Part shown: one piece after another, positions 1 to 10,726 of the stretch
Numbering within the stretch: the first letter of the stretch is position 1
How the letters are laid out: every line of letters begins with the position of its first letter
Assembly: GCA_039589315.1 (NCBI GenBank)
Contig: JBDHHQ010000053.1
Coordinates: 1 to 64,000, forward strand
Length of the DNA: 64,000 nt
Direction: 5' to 3'
Origin: Gemmatimonadota bacterium
GTDB taxonomy: Bacteria; Gemmatimonadota; Gemmatimonadetes; Longimicrobiales; Gaopeijiaceae
Translations under genes and position numbers: made by a program
The notes under the pieces: generated by a model
Database searches by the model: none
What the model was told of the DNA's origin: nothing
Seen by the model: only the letters and a program-made list of their open reading frames with translations

Positions 1-295
1 CGCGTATCGCCGTGAATCGTCAGCTCCCGGGGCTGACGATCGGCCATCGGGGGCGGGCGACGCTCGCCTGTCGTCTGCCCGGAGGCTGGGGTCGTGGAGT
101 GCAGGATCATGGCTGCCAGGGTGAAGGCCGTTGCGCGAGACGGCATGGGGGTTCCGGTGGGGTACTGCCGCAGGCTCTTTCGGGGGGATGGGGAAGAATG
201 ACCGGGAGAGTGGAGGCCGGCAAGGCGGTCGACGCAACGCGTCGGCGCCCTCGTTCGTCGAGAGCGACACGCCGTGACCCAGCACGGAAGCCCGG

Positions 296-2254
296 GTGTT
301 GGCCGACAGGCGGTTCTTGATCCCGCCCGCCCTGGGACCGCATCTTCGTAGCGTCGTCTCTTCCCGCCTCCACCAAGGACCGGCACTGACGTTCGAGCAG
401 CTCATCCGCGAGGTCCATCGGCGAAGCCTGTGGCAGGTGCTCGGCATCTACCTGGTCGGTTGCTGGGTGGTGTTCGAGGTCGTGCAGACTGCCACGGAGG
501 GGCTCGGTCTCCCCGAGTGGTTCCCCGCGTTCGCCGCCCTGCTGCTTCTCATCGGCCTGCCCGTCGTCTTGGCGACCGCCTTCGTTCAGGAGGGCGTGGG
601 TCCAGGGCCCGACGCACCAGCCGGCGGTTCCGCTCCAGACACCAGGACGCCGGCACCCACGTCGGGCGCGGAGAGCGTCTTCACGTGGCGCAACGCGACA
701 ATGGGTGGGGTCGCGGCCCTGGCCCTCGGGACCGTCGTCGGCTTGGCGGCCGGGTTCTACGGCGGGCGCTCGGTGTCTGCACCTGGCGCGGCCAACGTAA
801 CGGATGCGTCGACATCCACGTCAGCGAGCGCCTCGACAGCAGATCCGACGTACGTAGACCCGGCGGAGGACCCTCGCCCCGCCATCGCCGTGCTCCCCTT
901 CGCCGACATGAGTCCCGAGGGTGATCAGAAGTACTTCAGCGACGGCATCTCCGAAGAGATCCTGACCGTGCTTTCGAAGATCCGCGACCTTCGCGTCGCC
1001 GCCCGGTCCTCGGCCTTCGCCTACGGAGGCCGAGATCTGGATCTACGCCAGGTCGGGGAGGAGCTGGGCGTGCCGTATCTGCTGGGCGGCAGCGTGCGAA
1101 AGGACGGCGATCAGATCCGTGTCAGCGCCGAGCTCGTGAACGTCGCGGACGGCTTCCGCATGTGGACGGAGACCTACGACCGCAAGCTCGAGGGCATCTT
1201 CGCCATCCAGTCCGAGATCGCCGAATCCATTGCCGAGTCGCTCCGTGTGCCGCTGGGGCTCAGCAGCGGTGCGCTCGTATCGGCCACCGCGGACATGGAC
1301 GCTCACGATCTGTACTTGAGCGGGAGGGCAGCGTTGCGCCGGCGGGGACCGGGGGTCGCCGAGGCGGTAGGCCTGTTCGAGGCCGCCGTTGCCAGGGATT
1401 CGATGTGGGCGCCGGCCTGGGCCGGACTGGCCGAGTCACGAGCGATTCATCCTCTGTACACGGGGCTCGGGCGCGAGTCGACGGACTCCGCATTCTGGGC
1501 GCAGAACCTGGCGGCCGGAGTGGTTGCGGCCCGCCGTGCCCTCGAGTTGGATCCCCGTAACGCGTCGGCCCACATCGCCCTGGGTTCGATCCACCGGGAT
1601 CGATGGGAGTGGGAAGCAAGCGAGCGGGAGCTTCTGCTGGCTCTCGAGCTCGACCCGGACAACGAGGAGGCCCATATCCAGTATGGTGAGCTGCTCTGGG
1701 GCATGGGCCGGCTCGACGAATCCCTGCGTGAGACGGGGCGGGCGCTGGCCCTCGACCGGACGCCGCTGACCCTGGACGTTCATGGGTTCGTGATGTTCAT
1801 GAACGGCCGGACCGAGGAGGCCGAGGCGCTCCTGGAAGAGGGGATCGCCATCGACACGGCCGGCGACATGCACTTCCTCCGTACCGTGCTGGCCAACCTG
1901 ATGTTGTTCGACGGCCGGTATCAGGAGGCACTGGATCGGTTCGCCTTCTACTTGCCCGACACGACGGCCTTCCGCCTGCACGGACTGGCGCTCGAGACGG
2001 GAGATCCGTCGGTGCTCGCCGTCGAGGGCTACCCCCGGGGACTGGCCCAGACGTGGGCAGTGCTGGGGCAGGACGACCGTGCCCTGGACATCCTCGAGGC
2101 CATGGTCTTCGCGCTCCCGTTCCGCGTGCAATACGACATCTGGGACCCGGCTTTCGCGTCGCTCTGGGACTCCCCACGGTTCCGGGAGGTGATCCTGCCG
2201 CGGGTAGGGCTGGAGGGAGTCGTGCCGAGCTTTGCCGCGCCACCGGACCCCTGA
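296..2254 (+). CDS. Membrane-anchored TolB-like/TPR protein
   Basis: N-terminal TM module (EVHRRSLWQVLGIYL..LGLPEW), S/T-rich linker, AIAVLPFADMSPEGDQKYFSDGISEEIL TolB-like domain, then TPRs. The true start may be nearer 386. Confidence 0.8.
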   Translation: MLADRRFLIPPALGPHLRSVVSSRLHQGPALTFEQLIREVHRRSLWQVLGIYLVGCWVVFEVVQTATEGLGLPEWFPAFAALLLLIGLPVVLATAFVQEGVGPGPDAPAGGSAPDTRTPAPTSGAESVFTWRNATMGGVAALALGTVVGLAAGFYGGRSVSAPGAANVTDASTSTSASASTADPTYVDPAEDPRPAIAVLPFADMSPEGDQKYFSDGISEEILTVLSKIRDLRVAARSSAFAYGGRDLDLRQVGEELGVPYLLGGSVRKDGDQIRVSAELVNVADGFRMWTETYDRKLEGIFAIQSEIAESIAESLRVPLGLSSGALVSATADMDAHDLYLSGRAALRRRGPGVAEAVGLFEAAVARDSMWAPAWAGLAESRAIHPLYTGLGRESTDSAFWAQNLAAGVVAARRALELDPRNASAHIALGSIHRDRWEWEASERELLLALELDPDNEEAHIQYGELLWGMGRLDESLRETGRALALDRTPLTLDVHGFVMFMNGRTEEAEALLEEGIAIDTAGDMHFLRTVLANLMLFDGRYQEALDRFAFYLPDTTAFRLHGLALETGDPSVLAVEGYPRGLAQTWAVLGQDDRALDILEAMVFALPFRVQYDIWDPAFASLWDSPRFREVILPRVGLEGVVPSFAAPPDP

Positions 2255-2629
2255 TCGGCCATCGGTCTCGGATTGAGCGACTGCACGGCCGCTGAAGGGC
2301 TGCGGGTTTTTCTTCGACGAACAAACCTCGAGGCTCTCAAGCGCGGAGCGCCGGATCCGTGGCGTGGGCGGCGCGCCTGTCGGTCCTCGCTGCGCTCCTG
2401 ACGTTCATCACCGCTCACACCCCCCCGAGGTCCGTGTCGGCCCCCTGTGACCAGCTAAGCACACCGGTTGTCTATCCTCCTGAGCGTGCCGATGACCTGG
2501 TCAGGCAGCTAGCACTCGCAAACTCAGGAGCCCCAGATGCAGTTGGGCCATCCTTCCGTGGATCGTTCGCCACCCCGCCGGAAATCTCAAGTGCGAGCCA
2601 GTCCTTCGCCACTCACCCGAAAGCCTCAG

Positions 2630-3223
2630 ATGCGTGCCAGTCGCTGGCTTCTCACCCTCGGCCTCGTGGCCCTCGTCGGCCTCACGACGGGCTGCGCCAC
2701 GCTTCAGCAGTTCGCGGCACTCCAGGACGTCGCCTTCAGCCTCGACGGTGTCTCCAACGTGCGACTGGCCGGCATCGACCTCGACCGAGTCCGGTCGTAC
2801 GAAGACCTCGGGCTCCAGGACGCGGGACGGTTGGCGTTGGCGATCTCGCAGAAGGACTTCCCCCTGGATCTGACGCTGCATGTGGGAGCCGAGAATCCCC
2901 AGGACAACGACACGGACGCGCGCCTCACGCGCATGGACTGGACCCTGCTCCTCGAGAGCCGGGAGACGCTGAGCGGCATCCTGGAGGACGAGGTTCTGCT
3001 CCGTCCCGGGCAGCCGGAGGACATCCCCGTCGTCGTCGGCCTCAACCTCCTCGACTTCTTCGAGGGCTCGGCCCAGGACCTGTTCGAGCTGGGGCTCGCC
3101 CTGGCCGGTCAGGGCGGTGCGGCCAAGGAGGTGGCGCTCCGGTTCTCCCCAACCATCCACACGCCGCTGGGCCCCATGACGTATCCCCAGCCCATCACGA
3201 TTCGGAGGACCGTGGGAGGGTAG
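2630..3223 (+). CDS. LEA type 2 / WHy-like lipoprotein
   Basis: ATG at 2630 gives a signal peptide ending LTTGC (lipobox); beta-rich body with HVGAENP..ARLTRMDWTLLL. Confidence 0.7.
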   Translation: MRASRWLLTLGLVALVGLTTGCATLQQFAALQDVAFSLDGVSNVRLAGIDLDRVRSYEDLGLQDAGRLALAISQKDFPLDLTLHVGAENPQDNDTDARLTRMDWTLLLESRETLSGILEDEVLLRPGQPEDIPVVVGLNLLDFFEGSAQDLFELGLALAGQGGAAKEVALRFSPTIHTPLGPMTYPQPITIRRTVGG

Positions 3224-3487
3224 GCCAGCGCCGGGATTGGACTGAACCTGGACGCGAGCCGACGTAGAGGGTCCCACGCCGGCGGTCACATGTCCGCTCC
3301 CTCGCCCCCCCTTGCGCAACTCCCGGCGGCAATCTCTCGTCTAACCTCTCGTAGGCATGATGTGCGTGGCGTGGCATCGCCGGCGCATGTCCTCGACGCC
3401 CGGCCCGTAACCCGCCGCGCCGCACGACGACTCGTCGCAAAACGACCGCGCGTGGATCCGCCGTCCTCGCGCCTTCCGGAGGCATGA

Positions 3488-6009
3488 ATGGCCAGCCTGA
3501 GGCTCGCGCTGCGCACCATCACCCGCACCCCCTTCCTACCATCACCCGCACCCCCTTCCTCACCGCCGTCGCCGCGCTTTCGCTTGCCCTCGGGATCGGC
3601 GCGAACACGGCCATCTTCTCGCTGTTCGACCAGATGCTGCTTCGGTCGCTGCCGGTGCAGGAGCCCGATCAGCTGGTGAACCTCGGGGCCCCGGGACCCA
3701 AGCACGGCTCCCAGTCGTGCAATCAGGCAGGGGACTGCGACGCCACCTTCAGCTATCCCATGTTCCGCGACCTCGAGCAGGCCGAAACCGGCTTCAGCGG
3801 CGTCGCGGCCCATCGCCTGTTCGGCGCCAACCTGGCGAAGGACGGAGAGACCTTGAGCGGCGAGGGGATGCTCGTTTCCGGATCCTACTTCCCGGTTCTC
3901 GGCCTCCAACCGGCTCTGGGGCGCCTCCTGGGACCCGACGACGACCGGGCCATCGGCGAGCATTTCGTGACGGTGCTCAGTCACGGATACTGGGAGGACC
4001 GACTCGGCTCCGACCCCGGCGTGCTGAACGCCACCCTCATCATCAACGGGCACCCCATGACCGTCGTAGGCGTGGCGCCCCGAGGATTCGAGGGCACCAC
4101 GTTGGGTGGCGATCCCGACGTCTTCGTACCGATCAGCATGCGAGGCCTCATGTCCCCGGGCTTCGATCATTTCGAGAATCGCCGTAGCTACTGGGCATAC
4201 CTCTTCGCCCGACTTGAGTCGGGGGTCTCCATCGAGCAGGCCGCGCTCGAGATCAACACGCTCTACAGCGGCATCCTGAACGAGGTCGAAGCAGCACTCC
4301 AGGGGGGCATGAGCGACGCCACGATGGAGCGCTTCCTCGCCAAGGAGATCACGCTGGAGCCGGGCTTCCGCGGTCAGAGCTCGATGCACGAAGAGGTGCG
4401 CACGCCTCTGATCCTCTTGCTGTCGATCACGGCCTTCGTATTGCTGATCGCCTGCGCCAACGTCGCCAACCTCCTGCTGGCCCGGGGCGCCAGGCGGGGC
4501 TCGGAGATGGCGATCCGCGGATCCCTGGGCGCCAGCCGCGTCCAACTGCTCCGGCAACTCCTCACCGAGTCGCTGCTCCTGGCGATACTGGGCGGTGTGG
4601 CGAGCCTGTTCGTGGCCAAGGCCACGTTACAGCTCATCGGGTCGATCCTGCCTCCCGAAGCTGCGGCCAGGATCGCCCTCGAGCTCCGACCGAGCGTGTT
4701 GTTGTTCACCGCAGGGCTGGCCGTGGGCACGGGCGTCCTGTTCGGCCTGTTTCCGGCGCTCCACAGCACGCGTCAGGATCTCGTCACCATGCTCAAGGCC
4801 AGCGCCGGTCAGCCGGCCGGCGCGCGCTCGGCGGCCCGCTTCCGCTCCGTTCTGGTCACGGCGCAGATCGCCCTGTCCATGGCGCTGCTGGTGGCGGCCG
4901 GCCTGTTCATCAAGAGCCTGGTCAACGTGAGCCGGGTGGACCTGGGCCTGGAGACCGACAACGTGATCACGTTCGGTATCTCGCCAGAGCTCAACGGCTA
5001 CGAGCCGGAGAGCTCGCTGGCGCTCTTCGAGCGGCTCGAGGATGAGCTCGCGGCGATTCCCGGCGTGACCGGCGCGACCGCGGGCATGGTCCCGATCATT
5101 GCCGGCAGCAGTTGGGGGAACAGCGTCGAGGTCGAGGGCTGGGAGTCGGGACCCGACATCGACTCGGGCTCGCGCTACAACGAGATCGGCCCCGCATACT
5201 TCAGCACCCTGGGGATCCCGCTGATGTCCGGGCGCGAGTTCACCCGGGCCGACGCGGCCGACGCGCCGAAGGTGGCCATCGTGAACGAGGCGTTCACCCG
5301 CAAATTCAACCTGGACGGCCCGGACGCGGTGGGTAAGCTGATGGCGCACAGCGGCGACGACGAGCTCGACGTCCAGATCGTGGGCGTGGTCCAGGACGCC
5401 AAGTACAGCGAGGTCAAGCAGACCGTGCCGCCCATCTTCTTCCTCCCGTACCGACAGGACGAGGGGCTGGGCATCATCAACTTCTACGTGCGCACGGCGC
5501 TGGAGCCGGAAACGGTGCTCCGGGCCATCCCCCCTGTGGTCAAAGAGCTGGATCCCAACCTGCCGGTGGAGGACCTCAAGACGCTGAGCCAGCAGGTGCG
5601 GGAGAACGTCGTCCTCGACCGGATGATCAGCACCCTGGCCGCTGCGTTCGCGGTACTGGCGACGCTGCTTGCCGGCGTGGGCCTGTACGGCGTGCTGGCC
5701 TACACCGTGGCTCAGCGGACCCGGGAGATCGGCCTGCGCATGGCCCTCGGTGCCGGCTCCGACAAGGTGCGAGGCATGGTGCTCAGGCAGGTCACCCGCA
5801 TGACGGTCGTGGGCGGCGTGATCGGCATCGTCGCGGCCTTGCTCCTGGGCCGGGGCGCCCAGTCGCTGCTGTACGGGCTGGAGGGGCACGACCCGGTGGT
5901 GGTCGCCGTCGTAGCCGTGCTCCTGGTCGGCGTGGCGTATGGCGCAGGCTACATCCCCGCGCGGCGGGCGTCCAAGGTCGACCCGATGGAGGCGCTCCGC
6001 TACGAGTAG
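3488..6009 (+). pseudogene. Duplicated MacB/FtsX orphan ABC permease (ADOP type), frameshifted near the 5' end by a 23-bp tandem duplication
   Basis: GGAGG-n5-ATG3488 gives MASLRLALRTITRTPFL; the body (LALGIGANTAIFS, LLIACANVANLLLARG, QRTREIGLRMALGA, VDPMEALRYE) continues in another frame. An intact ORF exists only from ATG3484, which has poor SD spacing. May be an assembly artefact. Confidence 0.7.
3515..3560 (+). repeat. Perfect 23-bp tandem duplication ACCATCACCCGCACCCCCTTCCT x2
   Basis: Copies at 3515-3537 and 3538-3560, read directly. Confidence 0.95.
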
Positions 6010-6011
6010 GG

Positions 6012-8717
6012 CTACTCCGCTCTCAGCGACTCGAGGGGATCGGCCGTCGCCGCCCGCCGGGCCGGTGCCCAGCACGCCATCACGGCCACGATCGCCAGCA
6101 GCCCAGCCACGCCCGTGAAGGTGAGCGGGTCTGTCGCAGTGATGCCCCACACCAAGCTCTCCATCAGCTTCGAAACGGCCAGAGCGCCCAGCACCCCCAG
6201 CGCGATCCCGGCCACGGTGAGCTTCAGGCCTTGCCGCAGCACCAGCCCGGCCACGTCGCTCCGCTCGGCCCCCAGCGCGATCCGGATCCCCAGCTCCCGT
6301 CGTCGCTGACCGACCGAGTACAGCATCGAGCTGTAGATGCCGCCGCACGCCAGGAGCAACGCGACGGCGGCGAAGGTCCCCAGGAGGACCGACAGGAATC
6401 GCGGCGCGGCCACCGAGCTGGAGACGAGCTGCCGCATGCTGGTGATGCCGCTCACCGGTTGATCGGGCTGGAGCGCCCACACGGCCTCGCGGAGCGCCGG
6501 AACGAGCGTCCCCAGGTCGGTCTCCGAGCGGACCGCCAGGCTCATCATGTCGAACTCCCCGGCGAAACGCTGGTGCGGTACGTAGACCGCCGACTCCACG
6601 TCCTGGTCCAGGCCCCAGTGGTGTACGCCGTCGACCACGCCCACGACGGTCAGCGTGGTGTTGGCCATCTCCAACTCCCGGCCCACCCCGTTCTCGTCGC
6701 CGAACAGCCTCAGCGACGTTGCCCGGTTGAGAATCGCCACGGACGGATCGGCCACCTGATCCGCCCGGGTGAACTCTCGTCCGAAGGCCACGTCCGCACC
6801 CAGCGTGTGGAAGTAGTCCTGTGTGACGGGATGGACGATGGAGCGGATCTCCTCACCGCCGTCGCCCAGCGGCGTCACGGTGGTGCGCCAGCAGCAACGT
6901 CCCCGCCCCGACATCTCGAATGGTAGCGTGGCGCCCGCCGCCACGGACCGCACACCTGGAAGTCCCGCGACCCGCTCCATCAGGTCCTGGGTGAAGCGAA
7001 CCCGCTCCTCCTCTTCGTAGGTCGGACCGAGGTTCAGCTTCATGGTCACCAGCTGCTGGGTGCGGAAGCCCGGATCCACCTGGAGGCGCTCGGTGAGGCT
7101 GCGGAAGAGCAGGCCGGCCCCTACCAGCAGCACCAGGGCCAGAGCCATCTCGGACACGACCAGCAGGCTCCGGAGCCGCCGGCCCTTCCGGCTCGCCGTG
7201 ACCGATGCCGCACCGTCCTTGAGGGCGTCGCTCGCATCCTTCCTCGTGGCCTGAAGCGCCGGCAGAATGCCGAAGAGCACGCCCGTCGCCACGGAGGCCA
7301 GCACGGCGAACCCCAGCACGCGGGGATCCACCGACAGCTCCTGGAGGCGAGGGATCCCACCGGGATCGAAGTGGGAGAAGGCGCGGACGCCGGCAAAGGC
7401 CAGCAGAATGCCCGCCAGTCCGCCGCCCAATGCCAGGGCCACGCTTTCGGTGAGCAGCTGACCCACGATCCGGCGTCGGCTCGCCCCCAGCGCGCCCCGC
7501 ACCGCGAGCTCGCGGGCCCGGGCCATGCCACGGGCGAGCATCAGGTTGGCCACGTTGGCGCACGCGATGAGGAGCATCAGGCCCACCGCGCCCATGAGCA
7601 TCAGCAGCGTCGAGCTCACCTGTCGTACCGACGCCTCATGCAGCGGAATCAGGGGGAAGCCCTCGAACTCGCCGTTCCGGTCCAGATAGCTGTCCGGAGA
7701 CGCCGCCACGGCCTGGTCGAGAATCGCGTCCAGCTCGGCTTGCGCGGCGGGGACGGTGGTGCCAGCGGAAAGCCTCGCGACGGCGTTGAGCACGTGCCAT
7801 CCGCGGCTCTGATAGTCGGGATCAGCCAGGTCCAACGGAAGCCACAGGTCGACGGCTCCGCCCCGGTGCAGCAGCTCCGCCGGACGAAAGTCGGGAGAGA
7901 CCACGCCGGCCACCACCATGGGCTGGCCGTTGACGGTGACGCGCCGACCGATGATCGACGCATCGCTCCCCCACTTCCGGGTCCAGAGGCCGTGGCTCAG
8001 GACCACGACGGCCGCGTCGCCCACGTGGTCGTCTCGCAGGAAGAGCCGGCCCAGCTGAGGTCGCACTCCCAGGACCTGGAAGAAGTCGCGGGTCACCTGG
8101 CCGCCCCACAGCTTCTCGGGCTGGCCGTCCCCCGTGACGGACACCTCTTCGTTCCAGACGCCGCCCATGACCTCGAAGCCGGACATCCCTTCCTCCCACT
8201 CCCTGAAGTCGAGGTAGGAGTGGCTTCCGTTGTCGACGTAGACGAGACGCTCCGCCTCCGGATACGGCAGACTCCGGAGCAACACGGTGTCCACGACCGA
8301 GAAGATGGTGGTCGTGGCGCCGATGCCGATGGCCAGGATGGCCACTGCCGTGAGCGTGAAGCCGGGTCGGCGTCGAAATGCCCGCAGTGCATGCCGCAGG
8401 TCCTGGATCACCCCTCCCATCACGTCTCCTCCTCTCCGTCTCCGCCGGGGTCCCCGCGAGACGGCTCCTTGCCTCGCGGCGTCCTGCCGATCAGGCCACC
8501 GGAGCCCATCGATGCGCTCGTCCACGGCGCACACCAACAACCGGCCCACCGACCGTAGCCAGACCCTCAGCGCGGCCGCCTGTCCTCCCTCGTCTCGTGC
8601 TCTCGAGTAGAGGTCCCGGAAGAGCTCGCTCGCGTCGGTGCCATAGGCGTCACGGAAGTCCCGAGGCAGGAGGCGCAACAGCGCACCATAGATGCGCTCG
8701 GCGAGGGAGGGCCTCAT
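6012..8717 (-). CDS. Duplicated MacB/FtsX orphan ABC permease (ADOP type) with N-terminal extension
   Basis: LAIGIGATTTIFSVV, LLIACANVANLMLARG, QRRRELGIRIALGA, ADPLESLRAE; overlaps the padR stop (ATGA). Confidence 0.9.
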   Translation of the reverse strand: MRPSLAERIYGALLRLLPRDFRDAYGTDASELFRDLYSRARDEGGQAAALRVWLRSVGRLLVCAVDERIDGLRWPDRQDAARQGAVSRGPRRRRRGGDVMGGVIQDLRHALRAFRRRPGFTLTAVAILAIGIGATTTIFSVVDTVLLRSLPYPEAERLVYVDNGSHSYLDFREWEEGMSGFEVMGGVWNEEVSVTGDGQPEKLWGGQVTRDFFQVLGVRPQLGRLFLRDDHVGDAAVVVLSHGLWTRKWGSDASIIGRRVTVNGQPMVVAGVVSPDFRPAELLHRGGAVDLWLPLDLADPDYQSRGWHVLNAVARLSAGTTVPAAQAELDAILDQAVAASPDSYLDRNGEFEGFPLIPLHEASVRQVSSTLLMLMGAVGLMLLIACANVANLMLARGMARARELAVRGALGASRRRIVGQLLTESVALALGGGLAGILLAFAGVRAFSHFDPGGIPRLQELSVDPRVLGFAVLASVATGVLFGILPALQATRKDASDALKDGAASVTASRKGRRLRSLLVVSEMALALVLLVGAGLLFRSLTERLQVDPGFRTQQLVTMKLNLGPTYEEEERVRFTQDLMERVAGLPGVRSVAAGATLPFEMSGRGRCCWRTTVTPLGDGGEEIRSIVHPVTQDYFHTLGADVAFGREFTRADQVADPSVAILNRATSLRLFGDENGVGRELEMANTTLTVVGVVDGVHHWGLDQDVESAVYVPHQRFAGEFDMMSLAVRSETDLGTLVPALREAVWALQPDQPVSGITSMRQLVSSSVAAPRFLSVLLGTFAAVALLLACGGIYSSMLYSVGQRRRELGIRIALGAERSDVAGLVLRQGLKLTVAGIALGVLGALAVSKLMESLVWGITATDPLTFTGVAGLLAIVAVMACWAPARRAATADPLESLRAE

Positions 8718-9067
8718 GCCGACGTCCGCGCCTCTGGAATCAAGCCGCTCGCCCGGGCCGCATCTGCCAGAGACGCCAGCCGGGCCGCTTCGAGCGCCAC
8801 AACCTGCCGTCCGAATTGGGTGATGGCGTAATAGCGGCGCCGCTCGGACGTGCCCTCGACGGGGCGACGCTCGGCTTCCCCGACCAGGCCGTCCCGGCTG
8901 AGCCGCTTGATCGAGCGGTAGAGGTTGGCGGGATCCAGCTGTACCTGTCCTCCACTCTCCCTCTCCACCTCCTTCACGATCCCGTAGCCGTGCCGCTCAC
9001 CGGCCTCGAGCACGAAGAGAATCAGGTAGTCCCTTGGATTCAGCGGAATCAGGTCGTGGGGTTCCAT
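8714..9067 (-). CDS. PadR-family transcriptional regulator
   Basis: ILFVLEAGERHGYGIVKEVE..LDPANLYRSIKRL..RRRYYAIT winged-helix signature. Confidence 0.92.
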   Translation of the reverse strand: MEPHDLIPLNPRDYLILFVLEAGERHGYGIVKEVERESGGQVQLDPANLYRSIKRLSRDGLVGEAERRPVEGTSERRRYYAITQFGRQVVALEAARLASLADAARASGLIPEARTSA

Positions 9068-9201
9068 GGGCGGCTTCGGTCGGTTCGGGTCGGTCGGGCT
9101 CGTGTCGTCGAGGCGACACCAAGGCAGCCGAGGCGACGAGGCGGCGCCTGGTCTGGCTCTGCTGCGTTGGGCGCGGTCTCACTGCCGGTCAACGCCCATC
9201 C

Positions 9202-9230
9202 ATTATATATGTCGTTTGACCTATAGTCAA
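9202..9230 (-). promoter_or_regulatory. Sigma70-type promoter of padR-permease with an imperfect palindrome in the spacer
   Basis: Minus strand TTGACT-N17-TATAAT; the spacer region holds TATATGTCG-TT-TGACCTATA (7/9 inverted match). Confidence 0.75.
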
Positions 9231-9276
9231 TCGACCATTATTGGCGATAGGATACAACGTGGCGGGAAAGGGTTGC

Positions 9277-9843
9277 TCAGGCCGCCCGCGCCTCCACCAC
9301 GTCGACCTCGACGAAAACCTCGACCGCCCGACCCATGTGGAGCCCCCACTGGCTGCTCAGGGCCTTCTCGAGGCCCGGCAGCCCGGTCAGCTCCAGGCGC
9401 GTGGCGGCGGCCAACCGTACCCGGCACGTGCCATCCGCGTCCACGCCCCGGCCGCTCTCCACCATGGCGAGCTCCACGGGTCGGACGACCCCGCCGATGG
9501 CCATGTCGCCCAGGATCCGGAAGTGCTCGTCCTCGGTGCGCTCGACCAGGTGGCTCCTGAATCCGAGGACGGGCAGCGCAGTCATGTTCTCAGGCGTGGC
9601 GTCGGCGGCTTCGTTGTCGATGGCCAGCTCCGCCTCTACGTCCACGGTGCTGCCCAGCAGATCGTGCGCATCCACGTCGATGGTCCCCTGCACAGCCGTG
9701 ATCCTCCCCGACACCGGCGGCTCGAGTCGGTGGCTGGCGGAGAAGGAGACGCGGGACCAGCGCGTGTCGACCACCCAGGTTACGGGCGAATCCATGCCGG
9801 ACGGACCCTTCGGCTCATCAGCCCGGTCGAACGGGGCGATCAT
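9277..9843 (-). CDS. YceI-like (lipid/polyisoprenoid-binding) protein, divergent
   Basis: WVVDTRWSRVSFSASH..VSGRI..GFRS..GDMAIGGVVRPVEL..VEVFVEVD pattern. Confidence 0.7.
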   Translation of the reverse strand: MIAPFDRADEPKGPSGMDSPVTWVVDTRWSRVSFSASHRLEPPVSGRITAVQGTIDVDAHDLLGSTVDVEAELAIDNEAADATPENMTALPVLGFRSHLVERTEDEHFRILGDMAIGGVVRPVELAMVESGRGVDADGTCRVRLAAATRLELTGLPGLEKALSSQWGLHMGRAVEVFVEVDVVEARAA

Positions 9844-9988
9844 CGGATCCAGTTCCTCTCTGCTTTGGGAAGGTGCGTTTGGGACCGCACCCGTAGCGCT
9901 GCAGTGGCCAGCAACCGCGCCGCGGGAGTCGGTGCTGTGGCCTCATGGCCGACTCCGACCTGTCCGGCGCTGGACGTCGTGTGGCCGG

Positions 9989-10564
9989 TCATTCCCCTTC
10001 CGGATACAGGATCCGGTACAGCCACGCCCGGGCCTTGATCCAGTCTCGGCGGACCGTGCGCTCGGAGATCTCCAGGACCTCGGCCACTTCTTCTTCCGTC
10101 AGCCCCCCGAAGTAGCGGAGCTCGACGACTTGCCGCTGGCGCTCCTCCAGCTGGTCCATGGCCTGGTCGAGGGCCAGGAGCGCCTCGGGCTCGAGATCCA
10201 CGGTGAACGCCTTGCCGCCCAGGGTGGTTCTGGACCATCCCCCGCCCCGCTTCTCGGCCTTCACGCGCCGTGCGTGATCCACGAGCACCTGGCGCATGGC
10301 CCGAGCGGCGATCCCGAGGAAGTGGGCCCGGTCCTGGGACGCGAGGCCCGCTGGCCCGGCGAGCTTCATGTACGCCTCGTGTACCAGCGCCGTGGCGTCC
10401 AGCGTGTGGTCCTGCCGCTCTCGGCGTAGTTGGCCCCGCGCGATCTGCTTGAGATCGGAATAGACCAGAGCTACCAGGCGGTCCACAGCCAGGCGATCGC
10501 CGCCCCGCGCCTGATGAAGGAGCTGTGTCACCTCTCCCGCGCCCGTCTCCCCACCCGTGGTCAT
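9989..10564 (-). CDS. ECF sigma factor (VTQLL..ATALVHEAY type)
   Basis: EVTQLLHQARGGD, HTLDATALVHEAYMKL, VVELRYFGGLT, SERTVRRDWIKARAWL; start inferred at ATG 10564. Confidence 0.9.
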   Translation of the reverse strand: MTTGGETGAGEVTQLLHQARGGDRLAVDRLVALVYSDLKQIARGQLRRERQDHTLDATALVHEAYMKLAGPAGLASQDRAHFLGIAARAMRQVLVDHARRVKAEKRGGGWSRTTLGGKAFTVDLEPEALLALDQAMDQLEERQRQVVELRYFGGLTEEEVAEVLEISERTVRRDWIKARAWLYRILYPEGE

Positions 10565-10726
10565 GTCGTCGTAGCCTCCTGTTCCCTGCCCGTTCGTGAT
10601 GTCCGCCTCCAGTTTGTCCGACCGCGGGCGAGGGAGCAAGCGAATTGACGTTCAACGGGGGTGTCCGGTCGTCCGGCTCCTTCCCGCACTACCCAATTGA
10701 GCACTCTCACCGAGGCAAGCGAGAAA

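Noticed and set aside
16..40. Hairpin ATCGTCAGC/GCTGACGAT (and GAGCTCCC/GGGAGCTC at 61605-61625)
   Set aside because: Single-copy inverted repeats with no U-tract or repeat family evident; function cannot be assigned.
2359..2629. Possible small exported ORF start (MAWAARLSVLAALL..)
   Set aside because: Runs out of frame across the lipoprotein gene; no SD or motif support.
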